From assembly GCA_963848965.1 (NCBI GenBank), contig CAWKFG010000001.1, forward strand, positions 128,001-192,000: a stretch of DNA of 64,000 bases, given 5' to 3'. Shown here piece after piece: positions 23,009 to 31,635 of this stretch. Origin of the DNA: an uncultured bacterium. GTDB taxonomy: Bacteria; Babelota; Babeliae; Babelales; Babelaceae. Every line of letters starts with the position of its first letter. Within the stretch, counting starts at the first letter, position 1. The notes under the pieces were generated by a model, which was not told the DNA's origin, ran no database searches, and worked only from the letters and a program-made list of their open reading frames with translations. A program made the position numbers and the translations under genes.

Positions 23009-23683
23009 ATGAAGAGAGTGCTTAGTGCTTTCATTTTGTGTTTTTTTACTATAAATATGTTACATGGTATGAATTCACAGAAAGATGATGCGTCAAAGAA
23101 AGATTTGACAAAAAGTTTCAATGGTCTTGGTTCATTTTATGATATAGCATCTCCAGATGGAAAGCTGCGGCAAGCACAAGGAGAGCCTGTTGTAGAACAG
23201 GTGGTACCACAACAAGCATCTTCTGATAAAGTACAAAGTCCTCGTGGGTCTGACCAACAACAGCAAGAAGAGCATATACATCTAAAAGCGCCTTCTCGGC
23301 AAGATTCTCCTCGTCAGATACATCAAGCTCCTCAAGAAGCAGTAGCTGAAACTGCTCAACCAGCTCCTACTAGCTTTCAAGAAAGATTAGCAAAGAAGGA
23401 GAATACTCAGAAGGAGCCACAACCTGCTGCAAAACAGGAAGCTCCGGTTACTATAAAAGAGTGTTCTTTGGCAAAACCAATTCTTTTGACTACTCTAGCT
23501 GCTGGTGCTCTTTATGCAGTACATAAACCAACACGTCAGAAGGTTAACGATCTTATTTCTCGAGCGAGTAAAAAAATTAAAGAAAGCAGGCGAGCGCAGA
23601 TACTAGTAGGTACTTCACTGCTAGCAGCTGCAGGATTAGTATGGTGGTGTTGTACGCATAACGGCGTAGCGAGTAATGTATAG
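23009..23683 (+). CDS. Exported membrane protein, tandem family member 1
   Basis: Signal peptide, Q/P-rich linker, two C-terminal Ala/Gly-rich hydrophobic segments. Confidence 0.8.
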   Translation: MKRVLSAFILCFFTINMLHGMNSQKDDASKKDLTKSFNGLGSFYDIASPDGKLRQAQGEPVVEQVVPQQASSDKVQSPRGSDQQQQEEHIHLKAPSRQDSPRQIHQAPQEAVAETAQPAPTSFQERLAKKENTQKEPQPAAKQEAPVTIKECSLAKPILLTTLAAGALYAVHKPTRQKVNDLISRASKKIKESRRAQILVGTSLLAAAGLVWWCCTHNGVASNV

Positions 23684-23965
23684 TTTAAAAAAAGGAGAGG
23701 AGAATGAAGCGCATGAACAATGAAGGGGGGGCATTTGATTAATACTTTCTTGCTTGCTATACTTATGTTTAATTAGTTTTGAAATTTGACACATAAGGAG
23801 GTCGGATAGCAAAAGTAATATAAGTGAAAGCTTTTAAACATAAGAGGCTATTGACAAGAAAAAAACATTCTATAAATTGGTAACAAGTAGAATGTGTAAT
23901 CCTTAACAAACAGTAAGGTTATGAATAAAACAATACTATTTCATAATTCTATGGAGGACAAACTT

Positions 23966-24694
23966 ATGAATTCTTTTAAAAAATCTTTTTTAAGTCTTGC
24001 ATTACTTGTTGTTGCAGCTCCTGCACTTGTTGCAGGTGGTGAAGCTCCTAAAGCTCCAGAAGCTGCTCCTGCAGAAGCACCTAAGGCTGCAGAAGCGCCT
24101 AAAGCTGCTGAAGCGAAAACTCCAGGATGGGCAAGCCGTCTCTTTACAGCTTCAAAAAGACCGTTCACAGAACCTAAAAAGATGTGGAACGAAGGTACCT
24201 GTAAAGACAGAGCGCAAATGGCTGGTACTTATGCAGCTATCGCAGCTGGTGTAACTGGACTTGCTTATAAATTTATTCCGCAAGTTCGTAGCACAATTAA
24301 CACTGGTTGGGCAAAAACCAAAGCTGGTGTTAACGCAGTTGTTGATCGCGTGAAAAAAGATAAGACAGCACAAGTGATTGCTGGTGGAACAGCTGCTGCT
24401 TTAACAGCTGTTACTGGTTATTTCATTTGGAAAAAAGTAAAAGCTGCTAAACCTGCAGTTGAAGAAAAAGCTAAGGAAGCTGCTGATACAGCAAAAGAAG
24501 CAGCTAAAGAAGCTGCTCCTAAGGCAGAACCAGCTGTAAGTGCAGAGCAACTTGCAAAAGATGCTGCTAAGGTAGTTGAGAAAGCGCATGAAGTGCCAAC
24601 TCATAACATTGGTGATGCTGCTAAAACTGTTAATGCAGAAAAACCAGCAGAACAATCTAAAGCTGAACCTAAAGCTGAACCTAAAGCAGTATAA
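23966..24694 (+). CDS. Exported Ala/Lys/Pro/Glu-rich membrane protein, tandem family member 2
   Basis: GGAGG RBS before ATG 23966; signal peptide; EAPKAA repeats; two hydrophobic segments; strongly biased codons. Confidence 0.85.
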   Translation: MNSFKKSFLSLALLVVAAPALVAGGEAPKAPEAAPAEAPKAAEAPKAAEAKTPGWASRLFTASKRPFTEPKKMWNEGTCKDRAQMAGTYAAIAAGVTGLAYKFIPQVRSTINTGWAKTKAGVNAVVDRVKKDKTAQVIAGGTAAALTAVTGYFIWKKVKAAKPAVEEKAKEAADTAKEAAKEAAPKAEPAVSAEQLAKDAAKVVEKAHEVPTHNIGDAAKTVNAEKPAEQSKAEPKAEPKAV

Positions 24695-24716
24695 GCACTT
24701 GCTTAATTCAGAAATT

Positions 24717-24750
24717 AAAGAGGCTCCCAAATCGGGAGCCTCTTTTTGTT
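24717..24750 (+). terminator. Intrinsic terminator
   Basis: AAAGAGGCTCCC-aaatc-GGGAGCCTCTTT then TT. Confidence 0.85.
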
Positions 24751-24939
24751 AAAGTCACTTAAGGGTGACTTTTTCTTTTGACTATCTTGCTTCTCTTTTT
24801 ATACTTTTCTTTTCTACTAGACATTGGTTAATGTAGTACTCAAAAACCTTGATTTTGAGGGCTTTTGACAAAGCAATTTCTTTTTGTACAATTTAGTAGG
24901 TGTAATAAAGCACATAAAAATTGTACCTAAGGAGTTACT

Positions 24940-25744
24940 ATGCAACTATTTAAATTATCGCTTATTGCAGTGATAGTGGCTCTTGGAGCTTCACTATCAG
25001 TCCTAGCTATGGAAAAAGAGCCCAAAAAGGCCGCTATAAATATTAAGTTAAAAACAGTAGATCCTAATAGTGCTATTGCACAGTTAGGTAAAAAGCTTGA
25101 GCCTACAATTGCACTTGCTTATGGAGCTGCTAAGGCAGACAAAGAGAATCCTCAGCCTCGAAGAGCTGTTCCTATAGCAAGAGCCTGCACCGGGAGCAGC
25201 AAAGATACCGCCACCGCCACTTGGAGGGATGCGTCCTGGTGTTGACGGAGTTCTTCTTGCTCGACTCCAGGAGGAGTTACATAAGATAGCGGATCTTGAG
25301 AGACAACTGCAGCGACTTATGGTGCGCTTAGAAGAGATGCAAAGGCAAGGTCAGGTTCAAGAAGATCTCAAGAAAGTTATTGAAGATCTTAAAGAGCTTA
25401 AAAAAGAAGCTGAAAAGAAAGCAGAAAAAATAGAAGAAAAGGTTGTACAAACATCTTCTACGCCATCATTGCAGTTAGATAAAGATGTGGTTATGATTGC
25501 AGGAGCTGTTGCTGCAGGAACGATTACTGGTGCAGTTGCGCTTTATAAGTGGTGTATGCCATTTCAACAACATTGTACTGCTGCATGGAATAAAGCAAAG
25601 CAAGGAGCTTCTAAAGCCTATACATGGTTAAAGGAGCACAAGGCAGTTACTGCATTTGTAGGAGGTGCTGCAGTAAGTGCAAGCGCCTTAGGTGGCCTTT
25701 GGTATCTTAACTCATCTATACACAAGTCTCCTTCTCGTAAATAA
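24940..25744 (+). CDS. Exported membrane protein, tandem family member 3 (frameshifted near 25175)
   Basis: ORF 24940 carries the signal peptide and AMEKE; second frame opens after TAG 25174-25176 (QEPAPGAAKIPPPPLGGMRPG) and carries a coiled coil and two hydrophobic segments. Confidence 0.7.
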
Positions 25745-25747
25745 TTG

Positions 25748-25776
25748 AAAGCCCTCATTATGAGGGACTTTTTTTT
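25748..25776 (+). terminator. Intrinsic terminator
   Basis: CCCTCA-tta-TGAGGG followed by a T run. Confidence 0.75.
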
Positions 25777-25880
25777 CTATTAAAGGGGGGCTTTTGACTG
25801 ATAGGATAGATAGTGTAAATTAGAAAATAACTAGTAAAATAATAATTGTGCATATTCATTTTTCTTATGGAGGTTTACTT

Positions 25881-27395
25881 ATGAAATTGAAAAATGCGTT
25901 ATTTCTTAGCGTAAGTTTATTGCTTGCTGCAACGCCAGTTGTTCAAGCAATGGAAAAACAAGAACCAGAAGTTGTAAAGATAAATATTATAGAACCGGAG
26001 ATAAATCTTGAGATCAAGCAGCCAGCAGAACAGAAACCTGCTGAAGCGGCTAAGGCACCAGAAGCTCCAAAGGCTGAAGAAACACCTGTTGAAAAGCAAG
26101 CGTGGTTTAAGCGCCTTGGTAAAAAAGAAGCTCTTATAGCTGGCGGTGTTGCAGGTACTGCAGCTGTAGTAGGTGCTGTATCAACAGAGCAAGGAAGAGG
26201 CTTTATTAAAAGATGGACAGTAGATCCTCTTTATAATAAGTACCAAGCAGTTAAAAAGAATGGTGTTATGCAAGAGCTTGTAACAAAGCCTGTTTTAGGA
26301 ACTATAGGTCTTGCTAGTGCAGCGACAGCCGGATGGTTTGGTTACAGATGGTTGAATAACCCTGAAAATAGAGAGCAAAAAGATAAAGTAGTTGCTCAAT
26401 GGCAACAGCATAAGAAGAAGATCTTAATCGGTGCTGGTGTTGCTGCTGCAGGTGCGTTAGCGTATAAGCTCTTAAAATCAAACTCGGCGGGTGCTCTTTC
26501 TGAAGACAAGCTTCCTGAGGTTGATCCGAAACTGCAAGTATGGCTTGATGAAGTTCGTAAAGGTATAGCAAAGGAAGACTTAGAAAAAGTTGATGCAGCT
26601 ACCGTTGCACTTGTTCTTCGTAATCCAAATCTCTTTATCTTAAAAGAGCAGCATAGTGACTTATTTAAGCTTTTAATTCCTGGAGAAAAAGAGCTTTTTG
26701 AAGAAGCAGTGCAAGCAAGTAAGCTCTTTGTACCATTGTTGAATAAAAAGCAAAAAGAAGAGCTTGTTGGCTTGATTCATGAATATAACGATGCTTTCTT
26801 TAAAGAAATAAAAGCACAGTTAGCATACTTGCATCAACTAAATAAAGAAGTGCATCAAAAGATAGCTAATGCTAAAACAGCACAAGAGCTCCTTGCGCTT
26901 GTAGATGCTCATGAAGCAAAAGAAGTATTTAAGGCTACTATTGCTAAACTTGAAGCAGGTTCTGATGCAATAACGGCAAAAGAAGCAGTAGAAATACTGG
27001 ACATAAACAAAAACTTGCTTGCTCGTACTATATACTTTACAAAGCAAGCAGAAGTTTTTGCTGCATCACTTAAAGATGCATCTTCTGTACAAAAAGACGT
27101 TATCTCTCAAAAGAAAGAAGTATCAGCACAAGCTCTTGCAGAACTTCAAATGTTCTATGAGCTACAGCTTACTGCTTTAAAAGAATCTTTTGATGGAACT
27201 CAACAAGAGCAATTGAAAAAGCATAATCTTATAAGTGTTCTTGCAAAAGCAGATAAAGATGCTTCAGTGCTTGCACAATTGATTAGTCATAAAGACTTTA
27301 AAAAGTCATTACGACAAGATCAAGTTGGCTGCATTGAGCAATTACAGCAGCTTGCTGCTCAACAACAAGCTCTTTTGCATGAATTAACTGCATAA
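25881..27395 (+). CDS. Exported membrane protein with helical C-terminal domain, tandem family member 4
   Basis: GGAGG RBS; signal peptide ending VQA-MEKQ; EAPKA motif; three Gly/Ala-rich hydrophobic segments. Confidence 0.85.
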   Translation: MKLKNALFLSVSLLLAATPVVQAMEKQEPEVVKINIIEPEINLEIKQPAEQKPAEAAKAPEAPKAEETPVEKQAWFKRLGKKEALIAGGVAGTAAVVGAVSTEQGRGFIKRWTVDPLYNKYQAVKKNGVMQELVTKPVLGTIGLASAATAGWFGYRWLNNPENREQKDKVVAQWQQHKKKILIGAGVAAAGALAYKLLKSNSAGALSEDKLPEVDPKLQVWLDEVRKGIAKEDLEKVDAATVALVLRNPNLFILKEQHSDLFKLLIPGEKELFEEAVQASKLFVPLLNKKQKEELVGLIHEYNDAFFKEIKAQLAYLHQLNKEVHQKIANAKTAQELLALVDAHEAKEVFKATIAKLEAGSDAITAKEAVEILDINKNLLARTIYFTKQAEVFAASLKDASSVQKDVISQKKEVSAQALAELQMFYELQLTALKESFDGTQQEQLKKHNLISVLAKADKDASVLAQLISHKDFKKSLRQDQVGCIEQLQQLAAQQQALLHELTA

Positions 27396-27407
27396 GCTGA
27401 TAATTAT

Positions 27408-27436
27408 GAAGGCGCCCATTATGGGCGCCTTCTTTG
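27408..27436 (+). terminator. Intrinsic terminator
   Basis: GAAGGCGCCCAT-t-ATGGGCGCCTTC then TTT. Confidence 0.85.
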
Positions 27437-27628
27437 TTAATTCTTGCTTTTCTCTTTTTGTACATGCCATTCTAAAGTACAGATGGAGAGCGGTTGACAA
27501 AAAAGCAGTGCTCTATAGATTTAATAAGAGGAGAGGTATTTAAAACCAGTGGAGGTTTTTTTGCACTACTTTTATTTTCTTTCTATTTTTCAAGCTTTTT
27601 GCTTATAATTCTAGTGAGGTTATATTCT

Positions 27629-28420
27629 ATGAAGTGTAAACGTCTAGTGGTACTATTCCTTACTTTTTTTAGTACAAATTCTTATGCTGCTCAAACAGCT
27701 CAACAAACAGAAGAAGCAACTACTGAGACAGTATCTAGCCAAGACAAGGGGTCTTTTAGTGCAGTAAAAGAGAAGGTCCAAGAACATCCTGTATTAACTG
27801 CTCTTGCGCTTTCAATTGTAGGAATAGGCTGTTATAAAAACAGTAACCACATAAATGGTGAAAAGATAAGAAGTTTAATACAAAGCACAAAAACTGCTGT
27901 AGAGCATAAAATACTAGTGCCCTTATATGTTAAATATACAGAGGTCAAAGAACAGGGTATTACGCTGAAAGATGCAGGTACATTAGGGATAACTGCTCTA
28001 ACTGCGTGGGGCCTTAAAAAAGCTCAAAGTACTTATAATGTGATTGCACTGGCAACAGACTATCTCAAGAAAGGTGCTGAAGCTGTTAATAAGTTTAGAC
28101 AAGAGCATCCAAAGACAGTTGCACTTATGCTCGCTACACTTGGATCAGCAGCTCTTTTTTTACGCTTATATAAATCTGTTGCAATTCCTAAACGGACACA
28201 GCTTTTGTCGCCATTAGATCAATTTCTTCTTGCAGTTGGTGCTCATGTAAGGAAAAACTTTTTACAGTGTCCACGGCTTCGATCGCTTATTATGAGTGAT
28301 CAAGGAGATCTTTCTTCTTTTATAGAAAGTGAAGAGTTTATAGAATTTCTTTCTTCACTTACTGATGAACAGCAGATCTATATCTCTTCACTCATTAACG
28401 AGTGCCAACAGCTAGGATAA
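27629..28420 (+). CDS. Exported membrane protein, tandem family member 5
   Basis: GAGG RBS; signal peptide ending SYA; PLYVKYTEVKEQGI matches PLYNKYQAVKKNGV of member 4. Confidence 0.8.
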   Translation: MKCKRLVVLFLTFFSTNSYAAQTAQQTEEATTETVSSQDKGSFSAVKEKVQEHPVLTALALSIVGIGCYKNSNHINGEKIRSLIQSTKTAVEHKILVPLYVKYTEVKEQGITLKDAGTLGITALTAWGLKKAQSTYNVIALATDYLKKGAEAVNKFRQEHPKTVALMLATLGSAALFLRLYKSVAIPKRTQLLSPLDQFLLAVGAHVRKNFLQCPRLRSLIMSDQGDLSSFIESEEFIEFLSSLTDEQQIYISSLINECQQLG

Positions 28421-28526
28421 GCTTCTTTTGGTAGAGAGTATGCTATCCTTTGAAAAAATCTCTCAAGGTTACTATACTTGAGGATGTTATGGATAGAAGC
28501 AACTCTATGATGATGATGAGGATTTT

Positions 28527-29645
28527 ATGTATAAAAAAGGGCTTTTAAGCCTGCTTGTGCTGCTCCAGAGCATGCCACTGTTAAGTATAGTTCCGCAAGA
28601 GGAACCTGTACGTTCTTTTGATTTAAAAAGAGCATTTAATAAAAAGAATGTTATTCCTATTGCGATTATAGGATCGGGTCCTGCAGGATTTACTGCAGCA
28701 ATGTATGGTAAGCGGCTTGGTTATCCTACTACCGTTTTTACAGGACCGTTAATTGGAGGACAACTTACAGAAACTACTCTTATTGAAAACTGGCCAGGAG
28801 TAAAAAAGACAGAAGGATATACTGTTATGCAGATACTTCAGGATCAAGCAGAAGAAGTGGGAGCAGTAATTGTAGAAGATACTGTTGTACAGGTTGATTT
28901 TGGACAATGGCCTTTTGTATTGCATACAGAAGGAAAGTTAAAAGTACATGCACTTGCAGTTATTATAGCTACAGGAGCTGCTCCTCGCAAGCTTGGAGTA
29001 CCTGGTGAGCTTGAATATTGGGGTAAGGGAGTAACTGCGTGCAGTGTCTGTGACTGTGTATTTTTTAAAGGTAAAGATGTTGTTGTAGTAGGTGGCGGTG
29101 ATTCTGCTGTTGAAGAGGCAACACAGCTTTCTCGTTATGCTCGTTCTGTTACTATTCTTGTTCGTAAAGATAGAATGAGAGCTGCACCTATTATGCAAGA
29201 AAAGTTAGAAGACTATAAAAATGTTAAGATTGTGTATAATAAACAGATACTTAAAGTACTGGGTGATAAAGCTAAGCTAACAGGGCTTGAAGTACTTAAT
29301 ACAGATACTCAAAAGATAGAGACGCTTAAAACCGATGGTCTTTTTCTTGCCATAGGTCGAAATCCAAATACAGATCTTTTTAAAGATTACTTAAAGCTTA
29401 CACGCAACGGCTATATACATCTTGAAGACCGTTCTCAAATGACTTCAGTTCCTGGTGTCTATGCAGCGGGAGATGCGCAAGACAGTGAATTCCGTCAAGC
29501 AGTTGTAGCAGCAGGAGATGCTTGTAAAGCTGCGTTCGAAGCAACACAATGGCTTCATAAGATTGGTCTTACAGATCTTGCTATTAAACGTCATACTTCA
29601 TCATTTTTTGATAGCAAAGCTTATAAAGAAAATCTTACTAACTAA
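28527..29645 (+). CDS. trxB: Thioredoxin-disulfide reductase with signal-peptide-like extension
   Basis: IIGSGPAG, GGQL, IIATGA, CSVCD, VGGGDSAVEEA, AAGD. Confidence 0.92.
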   Translation: MYKKGLLSLLVLLQSMPLLSIVPQEEPVRSFDLKRAFNKKNVIPIAIIGSGPAGFTAAMYGKRLGYPTTVFTGPLIGGQLTETTLIENWPGVKKTEGYTVMQILQDQAEEVGAVIVEDTVVQVDFGQWPFVLHTEGKLKVHALAVIIATGAAPRKLGVPGELEYWGKGVTACSVCDCVFFKGKDVVVVGGGDSAVEEATQLSRYARSVTILVRKDRMRAAPIMQEKLEDYKNVKIVYNKQILKVLGDKAKLTGLEVLNTDTQKIETLKTDGLFLAIGRNPNTDLFKDYLKLTRNGYIHLEDRSQMTSVPGVYAAGDAQDSEFRQAVVAAGDACKAAFEATQWLHKIGLTDLAIKRHTSSFFDSKAYKENLTN

Positions 29646-29671
29646 AAAGGCGGAGCTTAGCTCCGCCTTTC
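29645..29671. terminator. Bidirectional terminator between trxB and brnQ
   Basis: AAAAGGCGGAGC-tta-GCTCCGCCTTT. Confidence 0.85.
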
Positions 29672-30916
29672 TTATTGCTGTACTGGAGAGTCAGTATTAT
29701 CAGGAGCTGGTGTAACAGTAGGAATTCCTTCACGAAGTGTCTTAATGAAGTCTGGTCCATATACTACACTGCTTATAATAAATGTTGCTAGCACAGGAAG
29801 TTTAACTGGCTTGAAGCCCCACAATTTATAAGCTATATTACAGAACGTAAGTACTACAAGTACAGGATAGCCTAGCAAAATAAGTGGCTCTGAGTAAGCA
29901 AGCAACTTATCAAGCGTAAACTGTGCTATTACCGTAGTGGTAGCAAGTACTATAATAAGTGCTGTAGTATAATTGATCTTTTTGTTAAATACATCATTTC
30001 TCAGATATTCACTGACTACTGAAGCAAGTGCTATCATAGTAGATAAACAAGCAACTAAGACAGTGATACCAATAAAGAGTGACCCTGAAGGTCCTAAAAC
30101 TCTTTCTGTAACAATCTGGAACATTTTTCCTGCACCCAGAGCATGATTGAGACCTTGGCCATGGAAAGCGCCTAAATAAGCTATACCTGCATAGACGACA
30201 GCTAACAAAAATCCGCCAATAAGGCCGCCACGTAACATAATGCGTGCAAGAGCTCGTGAATCTGCAGCAGTATGTACATCAAGTGTTTTTCTTAAAATAG
30301 AAATAATGATATAGCCAAAGAATATAGTAGCTAACAGATCAAGCGTATTGTACCCTCTGTTAAATCCATAGAGGAATGAATCAAATGAGGATAAATTGGT
30401 AAGCTGAGCTGGCTTAGCTGTCCACAAACCTATTGCTATAATAACGCCAAGTGAGAGTAACTTGAGTGGACTCAAAATTTTACCAAGAAGATCTACAATA
30501 GTATTTTTCTTGTAGCAGCAAATAAAAGTGAGTACTGCAAATGCAAGGCTAAATGGCAAAATTGACATATGTTTTGACAATGTAGGACCCATAAGATCAT
30601 ACGTAAGACCTACAATTCGTGGCATAACCAATAACGGACCTATAACGAGCATACAAAAGAGAATAAATAGTGCTCCAGGAATTTTGCCAATTCTATAGAA
30701 GAAAGCTCTATAGTCACCATCAAAGAATACCATACCAATGAGGCCTGCAAGTGGTAACAAGATGCCACTCAAAATAAAGCCAATAAGGCCGAGTCCTACA
30801 TAGTTACCAGTAACTACACCAGTTTTAAGAGGAAAAATAAGGTTGCCTGCACCAAAAAGCATTGCAAATATTGCAAGGCCGGTGACAACTGTATTCGATT
30901 GTAAATACTTTTTCAT
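29672..30916 (-). CDS. brnQ: Branched-chain amino acid:cation symporter
   Basis: FAMLFGAGNLIFP, IVDLLGKILSP, GYNTLDLLA, LVACLST; about 12 TM segments. Confidence 0.93.
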   Translation of the reverse strand: MKKYLQSNTVVTGLAIFAMLFGAGNLIFPLKTGVVTGNYVGLGLIGFILSGILLPLAGLIGMVFFDGDYRAFFYRIGKIPGALFILFCMLVIGPLLVMPRIVGLTYDLMGPTLSKHMSILPFSLAFAVLTFICCYKKNTIVDLLGKILSPLKLLSLGVIIAIGLWTAKPAQLTNLSSFDSFLYGFNRGYNTLDLLATIFFGYIIISILRKTLDVHTAADSRALARIMLRGGLIGGFLLAVVYAGIAYLGAFHGQGLNHALGAGKMFQIVTERVLGPSGSLFIGITVLVACLSTMIALASVVSEYLRNDVFNKKINYTTALIIVLATTTVIAQFTLDKLLAYSEPLILLGYPVLVVLTFCNIAYKLWGFKPVKLPVLATFIISSVVYGPDFIKTLREGIPTVTPAPDNTDSPVQQ

Positions 30917-31001
30917 TGAATTCCTTTATGCACACTATACGGGCATTAGTTGTTTTTATAAAAATATGAGATACAAAAATTTAAGGAGTCGGTAGAGGAC
31001 T

Positions 31002-31121
31002 TTAGAGAATAATCGTAGCCGTAATGGCCCACATCAGATAAGAATAACAGGCAAAGAAGAGAGAAGAAAAAGAAGTAGTAACCAAAGCTTTTTTTACAAC
31101 GTGCGGTAATTTATTGCCCAT
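31002..31121 (-). promoter_or_regulatory. Putative leader peptide of brnQ (39 aa, ends ITATIIL)
   Basis: AAGGAG RBS; MGNKLPHVVKKALVTTSFSSLFFACYSYLMWAITATIIL*; 23-nt pyrimidine tract at 31053-31075. Confidence 0.65.
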
Positions 31122-31249
31122 CTCAGGCTCCTTTACTTAGAGTTAATGTATTTCACTATCTCTTAAAATATACTAACATTCAATTTAATGCAAGTATATT
31201 TTGTGCTGTAACGCATGTACCCTTTGCTAAACTGTTGCTCCTTAACTAT

Positions 31250-31634
31250 AAGGGACGCTGTCCCTTTAACCCTGGCAAGGGCACGCCCTTGCAACCCGCT
31301 TTGTTTGCTCAGAGCTTCGCTCCTCGCTAGTTCTTTAGAGCAAAAAAACGTACCGATTTTTTGCAGTTGCACGCCGCTACGCGAGTCTCCATCCCAGGTG
31401 GAACGCACCTGGTCTGACGACACTCTGTTTACAGAAATACTATTGATGTGAAACTACCAATAAGTGGAACGAGAGTCAGCAACAGGCAACCAGGGAGTTC
31501 CCCTGGTTGCTTAAATCGCGTAGCGACTGCTATTGTTAAAAAACGCTGAGCGTTTTTTAACGCAGAAAAAGAATAAAGAAGCAAAAGGGTTCTAGGGCCT
31601 TGGCCCTAGCGGGGTGAAGGGGCGGCGCCCCTCA
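31250..31634. repeat. GC-rich multi-hairpin element with inverted hairpin doublets at both ends (MITE/REPIN-like)
   Basis: Eight stem-loops in about 385 bp; the two ends are structural mirror images. Confidence 0.65.
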
Positions 31635-31635
31635 G

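Noticed and set aside
24040..24120. Short direct repeats, possible CRISPR or VNTR
   Set aside because: They are in-frame EAPKAA coding repeats with no spacers and no cas genes
31394..31412. AGGTGGAAC resembling a T-box upstream of brnQ
   Set aside because: It is on the strand opposite to brnQ, lies upstream of the likely promoter and forms its own hairpin; no specifier stem or terminator seen
31163..31451. Two overlapping ORFs of 78-86 aa
   Set aside because: They fall in the GC-rich hairpin element, where stops are scarce; no protein features
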